Below are positions 1 to 8,100 of a DNA stretch of 21,591 nt, piece after piece. The stretch spans positions 1 through 21,591 of the forward strand of contig JAHQXB010000101.1 of assembly GCA_029856435.1 (NCBI GenBank), given 5' to 3'. Under the pieces are notes generated by a model. That model was not told the DNA's origin and made no database searches. It saw only the letters and a program-made list of their open reading frames with translations. Position 1 is the stretch's first letter; each line of letters starts with the position of its first letter. A program made the translations under genes and the position numbers. This DNA is from Candidatus Jordarchaeia archaeon (GTDB lineage: Archaea > Asgardarchaeota > Jordiarchaeia > Jordiarchaeales > Jordiarchaeaceae).

Positions 1-124
1 TGTAGTTCAGAATAATTCTATTTAAACACTGCTATTTTATAACTGTTAGCATAGGCGATTTTGCAAAGTGAGTCGAGTGAAAAATCTAAACGCTCAATAA
101 CATAACGTGTACATTAGGTGAATT

Positions 125-1372
125 CTACACCGCGTATATCTTCATGGTTTCCGACAAAATTTTATTTAGTGTTTTTTCGATATCTGTGATGTCTGCCTGG
201 ACCTGTGTTACTTCCTCGCAGGATTTAATTGCTGTGTCTGGATCTTTTAATCCGTGCCCCGTTGTGACGCAAACCACTCTCTCATTTCTGTCAATCTCTC
301 CGTTATCTATTAGTTTCCTTAGGCCTGCTATCGAGGATGCGGAGGCGGGTTCCACGAATATTCCCTCTGCTCGGGCCAGCATTTTTTGGGCTTCCAGAAT
401 TTCACGGTCACTTACGGTCTCAGCGAGGCCCTTTGTTCCGTAAATTGCTCTGAGTGCCTTTTCCCAGTTTACAGGCTTACCTATCCTGATTGCCGTCGCT
501 ATGGTTTCCGGCTTTTCCACAAATGTAACTGTTTTTTCTCTCTTCTTGTACGCCTCAGCGATTGGTGCTGCCCCCTCAGCCTGTATCCCTATCATTCTGG
601 GTATCTTTTCTATTAACCCGATTTCCTTCCATTCAAGTAAACCCTTATAGATTGCGCTTATGTTTCCGGCATTTCCTATGGGAAGGATAATGGTATCAGG
701 TACTTCCCAGTTTAGCTGGTCGATTATTTCATATCCGATAGTTTTTTGTCCTTCGAGGCGGTAGGGGTTTAGACTGTTTAGTAGATACATATGGAACCTT
801 TCACATGACTCCTGAACCAATTCCAAAGCTTCGTCAAAGTTACCCTTAATAGCTAGAACAAAGGCGCCATACATCATGGCTTGGGCTAGTTTTCCCAAAG
901 CAATTTTCCCGGAGGGTATGAAAACCACGCAGGCCATTTTGGCTTTAGAGGCATAGGCTGCCAATGATGCTGATGTATTACCGGTGGAGGCACATGCTAC
1001 TACTCTGCTTCCCAAACTTTTGGCCACAGAAACACCCACCGTCATTCCCCTATCTTTAAAGCTTCCCGTAGGGTTTTCTCCCTCGTTCTTGACCCACAGG
1101 TTATTTATCCCCAATTTGTCCGACAAGTTAGTACAATGGTAGAGATTGGTTTTTCCCTCATTCAGGCTTATGACTTGCTTCAGTTTTGGTAAGAAGGGAT
1201 AATACTTCCAAACTGAGATGGGTCTCTTTTTCCAGTCACCGTCTATAGCCTTTTCTAGGTTTCCATATTTCACGTCTAGAAGATGTCCACATTTTTCACA
1301 AGTGTAGATTATTTTTTTGGCGTCAAATTTTGTGTGGCAATTTATGCACTCCAACCATAAATCTGAATCCAT
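125..1372 (-). CDS. thrC: Threonine synthase (PLP-dependent, archaeal type with N-terminal Zn ribbon)
   Basis: PLP-lysine motif NPTGSFKDRG, ASTGNTSAS, PIGNAGN, FVEPASA; N-terminal CxxC...CxxC; lies downstream of hom. Confidence 0.95.
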   Translation of the reverse strand: MDSDLWLECINCHTKFDAKKIIYTCEKCGHLLDVKYGNLEKAIDGDWKKRPISVWKYYPFLPKLKQVISLNEGKTNLYHCTNLSDKLGINNLWVKNEGENPTGSFKDRGMTVGVSVAKSLGSRVVACASTGNTSASLAAYASKAKMACVVFIPSGKIALGKLAQAMMYGAFVLAIKGNFDEALELVQESCERFHMYLLNSLNPYRLEGQKTIGYEIIDQLNWEVPDTIILPIGNAGNISAIYKGLLEWKEIGLIEKIPRMIGIQAEGAAPIAEAYKKREKTVTFVEKPETIATAIRIGKPVNWEKALRAIYGTKGLAETVSDREILEAQKMLARAEGIFVEPASASSIAGLRKLIDNGEIDRNERVVCVTTGHGLKDPDTAIKSCEEVTQVQADITDIEKTLNKILSETMKIYAV

Positions 1373-1387
1373 TAGTTTTCCAACCTT

Positions 1388-2386
1388 TTACCTTTCACTT
1401 TTTCTAATCTTGTTAATGTAGAGAATATCTCCCAAGATTGCGCTGGAGGTCTCTCTTGGACCCGCGCCCCTGCCGATGAGGGTGATATCCTCAGCCACAT
1501 CGGTGTGAAAAGAGATAACGTTTAGAGTGCCTCCAACAGCCAGCGGCGATCCTTGGGGGATGAGGCGGGGCATAACTTCTATTCTATTCCTATCCACGTA
1601 CCCTATGTGCTTAACTAGGTATCCGTCCTCCATTGCTAGTTCAATCATCTCTGGAGTGACCTTAGTTATACCCTGTATTTGAACATCGCTAAACCTCCTT
1701 TTCATTTTAAGTATGCCGTTGGCTAGAATCACAAGCTTGGCGGCGGCATCGATTCCTTCAATATCATAGGTGGGGTCTGCTTCCGCGTAACCCCTCTCTT
1801 GAGCTTCCCTAAGAGCTGCGTTAAACGAAATCCTTTCCTCAGTCATCTTTGTGAGAATGTAGTTGGAGGTGCCATTTAAAATTCCAGTAATAGATATTAT
1901 CTCATTTATGAGAAGGGCTTCTCTTGCCACATGGAAAAGGGGTATAGCTCCCCCAACGGTAGCCTCGTAGAGCAGGATTCTGTGCTTTTTTTCTGCTATG
2001 CCCATTAGCTCGGGAAAAGCCAGAACTAGGGGTCCTTTATTTGAGGTCACCACATCTTTACCACTATTAAGCGCTTCCCTGATGTGGGTTAATCCGGGTT
2101 CCCCATGTTCAATGTTTGTCACAGTCATTTCCACTATTAGTTCACAGTCCAGCTCCGGGATAATCTCCTTGGATACAGTGTTACTTTTCCAAGCTGGGGA
2201 AGATTTCCCCAGAGAAAGAATTTCTTGGAGTTTTAATCCCTTCTCATCGATCCAGCTTCCATCCTTTTCCAGTATGGCCACAACCTCGGGTTTAAAACCG
2301 ATTTTCTGGAGAACTTCCTTCTTTTCCAGCATAACTTGGGCTACTGCTTTGCCCACATTTCCAAATCCTACAAGTGCCATCTTCAA
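1388..2386 (-). CDS. hom: Homoserine dehydrogenase
   Basis: Rossmann GFGNVG, VVTSNKGP, YEATVGGAIP, GILNGTSNYIL, EADPTYDIEGIDAAAK, GRGAG. TTG start at 2386, or ATG at 2380. Confidence 0.95.
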   Translation of the reverse strand: MKMALVGFGNVGKAVAQVMLEKKEVLQKIGFKPEVVAILEKDGSWIDEKGLKLQEILSLGKSSPAWKSNTVSKEIIPELDCELIVEMTVTNIEHGEPGLTHIREALNSGKDVVTSNKGPLVLAFPELMGIAEKKHRILLYEATVGGAIPLFHVAREALLINEIISITGILNGTSNYILTKMTEERISFNAALREAQERGYAEADPTYDIEGIDAAAKLVILANGILKMKRRFSDVQIQGITKVTPEMIELAMEDGYLVKHIGYVDRNRIEVMPRLIPQGSPLAVGGTLNVISFHTDVAEDITLIGRGAGPRETSSAILGDILYINKIRKSER

Positions 2387-2392
2387 TAAGGT

Positions 2393-2878
2393 TCAACTCC
2401 ATACAAGGAATAGATTTTTTTCTGCTCCCACCCTTCTCAGGATTTCAACTGTTTCATCCAATTTTTCCTCGGTTTCCGCCTCTAATTGGAACTTTACTGT
2501 TGAAACTTCTTCTGGACGCTTTATACGGGCCGTGACTTCCTTTACAACGACTTTTTTCTCCAAAATTCTGTCTATTGTATCCTTGATATTTGTGGCAAAA
2601 ACGTGACCCACAAGTATCACTGTCTTTTTGCATATGCTCTTCACCGGTCCCGCGTTTGTGATTAGAACGTTTTGATTCTTTATGGCATGCTTAATTCTAT
2701 CTAGGTCTTCTTGTCTGTCTAGGTCAAAGGTTATCACTACCGGCAATTTATTTCCCTTTTTCTGGTCTCTCAGATGCGCTATTTCTCTAATGTTTCCCCC
2801 AAATTTTGAGATGGGCTCCAAAGCTTTAATTAGCTGTCCAGGCTCGTCGGCTAGCTCTATTTCCAGTATCATTCTCAT
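2393..2878 (-). CDS. Stand-alone ACT-domain protein (putative allosteric subunit of homoserine dehydrogenase)
   Basis: ACT signature LADEPGQL...GGNI plus a second ACT-like half (LVGHVFATNIKDTIDRI); directly upstream of hom. Start moved from 2908 to ATG 2878 because GGAGG lies just upstream of it. Confidence 0.85.
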   Translation of the reverse strand: MRMILEIELADEPGQLIKALEPISKFGGNIREIAHLRDQKKGNKLPVVITFDLDRQEDLDRIKHAIKNQNVLITNAGPVKSICKKTVILVGHVFATNIKDTIDRILEKKVVVKEVTARIKRPEEVSTVKFQLEAETEEKLDETVEILRRVGAEKNLFLVWS

Positions 2879-3021
2879 AAAGTATTCCTCCACAAAAACA
2901 CGTATCAACTATTATGTTCAATCATTTTAGGGTTTGTTCTTCCTCAATCCCTAGTTCAAATTTTTGAAATTGTAGCGTTTTAATAATTGGTGATATTCTT
3001 TATTTCCTATGTTTTTTGAGT

Positions 3022-4443
3022 TCATTTTTCTTCGTCTTCGTGTAGGTTAAACTCCTTATGGATGGCTCGAACGGCTCTTTCTAGGTCGTTTCTTGATATC
3101 ACTAGGGAGATGTTAAGCTCGCTGCTTCCTTGAGCAATGGCTCTTATGTTTACTTTGGCTCTTCCTAAAGCTGAACAGATCCTTCCCGCAACTCCATAAG
3201 TGTTTTTCATACCTGCGCCGATAACGCTTATTAGGCTTACATCATCCTCCATCTCTACATTAACCCACTCTTTTCCAAAGAAGGGCGACCAGTTAAGCGC
3301 CTTGATTGCTTTGTATTTATCCTCATCGCTCACGAGAAAGGTGATGTTATTTTCGGATGAGGATTGGGATATCATTATTATGTTAACGTTGTTTTTACCC
3401 ATAAGATCAAATAGCTTTGCGGCGGTTCCCGGCCTCGACACCATGGCTTCTCCTTCCACTGTTATCATATTGACATTCTTCATTTCTGCGATTGCCTTGA
3501 CCACGCTCTCCTTCGTTTTTATGCCCTTAGATATTCTGGTGTATCTGTCTGGATTTGGATTGTCAAAATTTCGAATTTCTACCATAATGCCCTTTTTCTC
3601 AACGGGAAACACGCATAGTGGGTGAAGCAGTTTGGCTCCAAAGAAGGCCAGTTCTTTGGCCTCAGCATATGATATGTCTCTAATAATGTGTGCGCTGGGT
3701 TCCAATTTGGGATTAGCCGTAAGTAAACCATCCACATCCTTCCAGAGCACTACCTTCACATCGTTGCTCTCATTCTTAAGACTGTACGCCAGTATAGTTG
3801 CAGTGAAGTCGCTTCCACCCCTACCCAGCAGGGTCACGTTACCATGGTTGTCTCTGCCAAAAAATCCAGTTACAACAGGTACTTTTCCCTCAGACAAGAG
3901 TGGGGGAATAATCTCCTTCACCTTTTGCTCGGTTCTATCAAGGATGGGAAGTGCGTTTTGAGCTTCGCTTGTGGTATAAATCAAATCATAAGAGCTTACA
4001 TAAACCGCCCTGAAGCCCTCTGACTCCAAGTACCTGTGTAGAATAATTGTGGAAAGTTTTTCACCGAAGCTGGAAACCAAATCTAGCTTCTGAGGTTTTA
4101 AACCAAAATCCCAAATGTCCTTCAGAACCGTTTTCAGTTCACCCAGCTCTCTCTGAACTTCCAGAGAAGCCTTATTTCTGGGTTCACCTTTCAGAATATT
4201 ATCAATTAGTGATGTATGCTTATCGCTTAACAACTTGAATTCATTCTCTAATTCTGGACTGTGGTTTTCCGCCTTTTTGGACAGCTCTATGAGGCTGTTA
4301 GTGACTCCATAGAGGGCAGAAGAAACCAGCACTAGTTCGTTTTTGGAATAGTCTCTCAAAATTTGCGAAATTCGATGGAATGACACGGCGTCCTTTAAAC
4401 AGCTCCCACCGAATTTCATTACTATTATGTTTCCAAGTCTCAA
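3022..4443 (-). CDS. lysC: Aspartate kinase with two C-terminal ACT domains
   Basis: MKFGGS, VSSA, SFGEKLS, VPVVTGF, LGRGGSDFTA, WKDVDG, ISYAEAKELAFFGAKLLHP, QSSSENNI and QGSSELNIS. TTG start preceded by GAGGTGG. Confidence 0.93.
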   Translation of the reverse strand: MRLGNIIVMKFGGSCLKDAVSFHRISQILRDYSKNELVLVSSALYGVTNSLIELSKKAENHSPELENEFKLLSDKHTSLIDNILKGEPRNKASLEVQRELGELKTVLKDIWDFGLKPQKLDLVSSFGEKLSTIILHRYLESEGFRAVYVSSYDLIYTTSEAQNALPILDRTEQKVKEIIPPLLSEGKVPVVTGFFGRDNHGNVTLLGRGGSDFTATILAYSLKNESNDVKVVLWKDVDGLLTANPKLEPSAHIIRDISYAEAKELAFFGAKLLHPLCVFPVEKKGIMVEIRNFDNPNPDRYTRISKGIKTKESVVKAIAEMKNVNMITVEGEAMVSRPGTAAKLFDLMGKNNVNIIMISQSSSENNITFLVSDEDKYKAIKALNWSPFFGKEWVNVEMEDDVSLISVIGAGMKNTYGVAGRICSALGRAKVNIRAIAQGSSELNISLVISRNDLERAVRAIHKEFNLHEDEEK

Positions 4444-4485
4444 TCCACCTCAAAAACAATTGCGGAAAAACAATTACACGAATCA

Positions 4486-4500
4486 GATATAAAACTTTTC
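4486..4500 (-). promoter_or_regulatory. BRE-TATA promoter of the lysC operon
   Basis: Minus strand reads GAAAAG-TTTTATAT about 45 nt upstream of the lysC start. Confidence 0.55.
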
Positions 4501-4573
4501 CCCAATTGTATTGAACCTACTCAAATGGATTCCTAATTTGATCACTGAGTGGAATTATTAGAAATTTAGGATT

Positions 4574-5206
4574 CTATTCAGGCACGAAGGTTAACCAGTT
4601 ATGGGAATGTGCAAAGTTAATTATTTTTTCTACAAGGCTCTGGTCTACTTCTAGAATTTTTGCAATCTGGTTTATTCTATAGTTTCCCTCACAAATTAGT
4701 AACACGTCGATTCCCTCCCTGCCAAATCTTTTTAGTATCTCTTTCCTCTCATAGGCTCTTGGAGCTAATAACCTATGGATTTCCAAAATTCTTTTAGGTT
4801 TCCTTCTTAGTTTTTCCTCCCTCTCACTTTTTGCGATTTCTTCATCGATTATGGACTCGAACCCTTCTATCTCTGGTGCACCAATTCCACTCAGCAAGTC
4901 TCCAAGGAGAAAAAATTTACCTTCAAAGATCTTAATGAAGGCAGCTCCAATGTTTAACAACTCTTTTCTAAACTCCGTCTTAGTGTCAGTAGCAGCAATG
5001 AAAAGGATTCTGTTAAACTCCTCTACTATAAATTTGATATTAGAGAGAACTATCTGAAAAGACTTTTCGCGGCTTTTAGTAAAGAGGGCCAAAGCCGCGG
5101 TCATAAGACTCGGAAAAGCGCTACCCGGAATAGATGGATTGCAGAAATTTTTGGAAAACAAGGTCTTCCCCGTATAGTCCTTAACATAAATACCGTAAAC
5201 AACCAA
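4574..5206 (-). CDS. Longin-like domain protein with C-terminal winged helix
   Basis: N-terminus VYGIYVKDYTGKTLFSKNF followed by a helix and strands (KFIVEEFNRILFIAAT), then a helix: a longin-type pattern. C-terminus VLLICEGNYRINQIAKILEVDQSLVEKII...WLTFV is wHTH-like. TTG start with GGAGG upstream. Confidence 0.6.
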   Translation of the reverse strand: MVVYGIYVKDYTGKTLFSKNFCNPSIPGSAFPSLMTAALALFTKSREKSFQIVLSNIKFIVEEFNRILFIAATDTKTEFRKELLNIGAAFIKIFEGKFFLLGDLLSGIGAPEIEGFESIIDEEIAKSEREEKLRRKPKRILEIHRLLAPRAYERKEILKRFGREGIDVLLICEGNYRINQIAKILEVDQSLVEKIINFAHSHNWLTFVPE

Positions 5207-5488
5207 CAGAAAAGGCCTCCATCACTCATATAACCTCTAAGCGACCCTGCTTCCTTTTTCTTAGCTTACAGCTTTCCCTCAAATTCTTGAAGACGTAGGA
5301 GCTTATGTAAATTATAATAAAATAATAGGTTTATTAATTTATTCTAGCAAAACATAGGTGATGCGGAATTGTTGAACCATGCCCAAAAAAACGGTCGCGC
5401 TTCTCTCACAACTTTGCTTTGCTGAGGAAACGGAAGCCAACAAGTCTGTGACTCTGAAAATGGTTCCAAAAGAGTTATTTTTACCAAA

Positions 5489-5503
5489 AAGTATTTTTTA
5501 TAC
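5489..5503 (+). promoter_or_regulatory. Candidate BRE-TATA for the 5602-6003 gene
   Basis: A-run, then GTATTTTTTATAC (TTTTATAC at 5496-5503). Confidence 0.4.
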
Positions 5504-5601
5504 ATAGAGTATGATTCAATCCACTCAATAAAGTGGTTGAATGAGAAAAATCTGTATATTTGCAGAAATCAAATTATTAAATGGAAAGAATCAGAAACTA
5601 A

Positions 5602-6003
5602 ATGCGATTAGTGATTTTGACAGGTGGGGTGGCCTGGATTCCTCTCGGACTGGCTGTTTTAAAGTGGGATCGTGAGCTCGGAGCAATGGTTGAAGCTTTG
5701 TTTCCGAAAAATCTGTCGATAACGCCCAATTTCGCCAACCAAATTTTTAGTATGCATTTTGTGGGCGACCTCAGCAATTCAAATGACTTAATAAGCTTAC
5801 AGGTATCCGACAAAAAGGTGCTAAGCCAACTATTAAACTTCGGAGACATAAAAAGAAGTGTAGTTCTGATCATAAGCAAGTATGAATCCCTCCAGAATAT
5901 GGAGGAAAAACTGATAGAAATATCAAAAGAAATAAAATCAAATATAGATTCTGGACTTAAAAACCTAGAATCAATATACAAAAATATGTTCTCACTAAAA
6001 TGA
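5602..6003 (+). CDS. Small uDENN/longin-like protein
   Basis: GLAVLKWDRELGAMVEALFP matches the (F/W)Dxx(L)GPxxxxxxP opening of uDENN/NPRL2-type longin domains; beta-rich middle and C-terminal helix. Start uncertain: AGGTGG at 5622-5627 suggests a start at or after GTG 5629. Confidence 0.55.
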   Translation: MRLVILTGGVAWIPLGLAVLKWDRELGAMVEALFPKNLSITPNFANQIFSMHFVGDLSNSNDLISLQVSDKKVLSQLLNFGDIKRSVVLIISKYESLQNMEEKLIEISKEIKSNIDSGLKNLESIYKNMFSLK

Positions 6004-6012
6004 GATTACCCA

Positions 6013-6744
6013 CTATACCAAAAATTCGATCTCTCTATTGAACTTTTTCCCGTCTACCTCCAAGGTTCTAGAAAGCACACCCCTTCTCTTTGATTGCACC
6101 CTTATTTCTGCAGGCGTCAGCTTTTCCTTATTCTCCGGAAACACGATTTCACTTATACGATAAGTATTAGAAAGGTTTAAAGATTTAAAGGGCACGGGAA
6201 TCACGTCTCTAAAATCTGGAAAGAGCTCATCCACAAGTGATTGTAAAAGCCCTTCACTGGCTTCAATGCTTCCCTTACAGAAACTAGTGGGATCCTTAAC
6301 CTCCGCCAAAGGTTTGGGAAAATTGCTACCCATAACCAAATTCCAAGAACCAGAATTGGGCTTAATGCTTACCAGAAATGTGGACCTATCACCAATACTC
6401 TTATACACCTCTCTTAACTCTTCAGAGGGAACACTAATATTTACCTTCGCTTTATAGTTGGCTCCTGACTTCTTCATCTTTACTCCGAGTTTCTCCAGCT
6501 CACTTGAAAAGTCCTGGTTTGAAAAAATATTACCCTTCACGCTACACTCTACATTGGGAACCCTATTTATGATGAATTCTAAAACAAAGTCTTGATAATC
6601 GAAAGCGGCCCTAAAGTTGATGCTGCCCTTTTTAATACTCACACTAATTACTGGGCCTTCAAATTCCCCTACAGAGAACTTTATAAACCTTCTATGAACC
6701 GCATCATCAATTTTTTGGGACACAACCTTCGTTAAAAAATGCAT
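6013..6744 (-). CDS. Conserved archaeal hypothetical protein
   Basis: Long ORF with ordinary composition; ATG 6744 (MHFLTKVV) preceded by GGAGG. The N-terminal motif DDAVHRRFIKFSVGEF looks familiar from archaeal hypotheticals, but I cannot assign a function. Confidence 0.8.
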   Translation of the reverse strand: MHFLTKVVSQKIDDAVHRRFIKFSVGEFEGPVISVSIKKGSINFRAAFDYQDFVLEFIINRVPNVECSVKGNIFSNQDFSSELEKLGVKMKKSGANYKAKVNISVPSEELREVYKSIGDRSTFLVSIKPNSGSWNLVMGSNFPKPLAEVKDPTSFCKGSIEASEGLLQSLVDELFPDFRDVIPVPFKSLNLSNTYRISEIVFPENKEKLTPAEIRVQSKRRGVLSRTLEVDGKKFNREIEFLV

Positions 6745-6927
6745 TTGTAAATCCTCCAGTAATGCTTCTCCAACGCACATCCCATTTCGATGCGAATTTC
6801 GTAGCTTACCTCTACCTCACGCTAATTAAAGCTCTATCCCCTCTTAAAAAAATTATGCGCATCTGAGTTCCATCCAATTTAAAGTACGCCTTCAGCCCCC
6901 AATTTTTATTCAAAATAAACCAATTTA

Positions 6928-6942
6928 GAAATTCTTATATAT
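6928..6942 (+). promoter_or_regulatory. Candidate BRE-TATA for the 7007-7813 gene
   Basis: GAAATTCTTATATAT about 65 nt upstream of ATG 7007. Confidence 0.4.
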
Positions 6943-7006
6943 CAACTAACACATAAAACTAATATTCAAATAATATTTTAAAAAATAGTTGGGAAGGAAA
7001 CAAAAA

Positions 7007-7813
7007 ATGGCAGCAAGAAAATACCACCTATCTGTAGGAATCATAGTTTATATCGCATTCTCAATAGCCTACTACTACTGGCTTTTAAACATACCCATTT
7101 ACATTCCCGCAAGCCTATTGGGAGTAGCAGGTCTTCCTACTTGGTTTCCCATCCCTTTTCCCCGTACAATATCCTCAGCGGATCCCATATATTTGGTTGT
7201 AGCCCTATTACTGGTGCTTGTTGGTTCTGAAATTGCAGACTATGATAAGGCTGTAATGTGGATGCAACACAGGGACTGGCTAACCCACTCCTGCATAATA
7301 CCCGCAATTCTTTCCGCAATTGTAATGGTGTTTACCGTAATTAATGTGGGTAACCCCATACAAACACTGTTATTTAATCCAGCGGTTAACACTGTGCTAC
7401 TGCTCGGAATGTCCGTGTTCGCGCTGGGGGCTGCTTCTCACCTCTTTTTAGATTACTTCCCTCCAATCAAAGAAACAGAGCTCCACAATAAAAAGGGTTC
7501 TCTAACGGCCGGACACGAGCTTGCCGACTTCTACGTGTCGGGAATGACTGGCCAGGAGCTCTTCAGAAGACTACAAGGAACCGCGCTTGTTCATTTCTGG
7601 TGGACAATATCCATGCCAAAAGAAGAAAAGAAAAAGAAGACCAAACAAGAAAAATATGAGATGAGAAAAACACTGGACTCGAAACGCTCACAGGCCTACT
7701 ACCTGATAAATGGAATTATACTACTCCTAATCGCCGGACTACTTTTCCTACAATATTTCCTAATACAGACAACCACAATGGTACAACAATACCTAATACT
7801 CCTATCAATCTAA
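7007..7813 (+). CDS. Membrane-bound metal-dependent hydrolase, YdjM/DUF2227-like
   Basis: Several hydrophobic helices with motifs N-terminal H, IADYD (PDxD equivalent), HRDWLTHS and SHLFLD. ATG 7007 preferred over TTG 6989. Confidence 0.7.
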   Translation: MAARKYHLSVGIIVYIAFSIAYYYWLLNIPIYIPASLLGVAGLPTWFPIPFPRTISSADPIYLVVALLLVLVGSEIADYDKAVMWMQHRDWLTHSCIIPAILSAIVMVFTVINVGNPIQTLLFNPAVNTVLLLGMSVFALGAASHLFLDYFPPIKETELHNKKGSLTAGHELADFYVSGMTGQELFRRLQGTALVHFWWTISMPKEEKKKKTKQEKYEMRKTLDSKRSQAYYLINGIILLLIAGLLFLQYFLIQTTTMVQQYLILLSI

Positions 7814-7835
7814 CGTCAAAAAGGACACATTACAA

Positions 7836-8080
7836 GTCGCAGCGACAAGCCTATGGTTTTAACCGTGGGACGAATGGTCAATAAGTTTAAACGCCGGTGC
7901 CGTTGGAGCCTTAAAAATATAGCTAGCCTCCATGGAGGCGAGGTTAACGGGCTGGTGGCACAGCCCCGGCTCCTATATGTGGAGTGGAGTGAGGTGGAAG
8001 CCTAAAAAGGGCAATGAACACAGAGCCGATGAAAACCTTAGAAGCAGGAATCTCCCGGCTTCAGCTGTGGAGAGTGTCAA
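7836..8080 (+). mobile_element. tnpB: Degenerate non-autonomous IS200/IS605-family remnant (tnpB 3' fragment plus right end)
   Basis: 7887-7919 encodes LNAGAVGALKI, a mutated TnpB RuvC-III NADxxGAxNI motif. Frameshifted tail GLVAQP...RWKPK follows. Right-end hairpin TCTCCCGGC-TTCA-GCTGTGGAGA ends in GTGTCAA at 8080. A second end-like hairpin plus TCAA lies at 7850-7881. Confidence 0.8.
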
Positions 8081-8100
8081 CAATACCTTCTTCCTTTTTT
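7887..8100 (+). ncRNA. Candidate orphan TnpB omegaRNA (reRNA) scaffold plus flanking guide
   Basis: TnpB guide RNAs are encoded across the tnpB 3' end and right end, with the guide taken from the adjacent flank. Here the flank CAATACCTTCTTCC is followed by a T6 run. Boundaries and expression are not shown by the sequence. Confidence 0.3.

Noticed and set aside
2925-2936. TTTAGGG telomere-like word, also resembling TAGGGTTT at 17075
   Set aside because: Single copies, not tandem; expected by chance.
144-4238. Plus-strand ORFs 144-443, 386-616, 1998-2606, 2682-2930, 3200-3625, 3632-3961 and 4047-4238
   Set aside because: Antisense shadows of well-supported thr/lys genes, with Ser-rich composition and no motifs.
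5355-5423. ATAGGTGATGC(G/A)GA shared with 12735-12748, and a possible C/D-box sRNA (GTGATGC...CTGA)
   Set aside because: The C box is imperfect, there are no convincing C'/D' boxes or terminal stem, and the repeat is essentially an RBS-like word.
5379-5507. 42-codon ORF MPKKTVALL... between the longin genes
   Set aside because: No correctly spaced RBS or motif, and it overlaps the predicted promoter.
5598-5981. 127-aa minus-strand ORF opposite the uDENN-like gene
   Set aside because: The plus-strand ORF has a family motif, promoter and RBS; this one has none.
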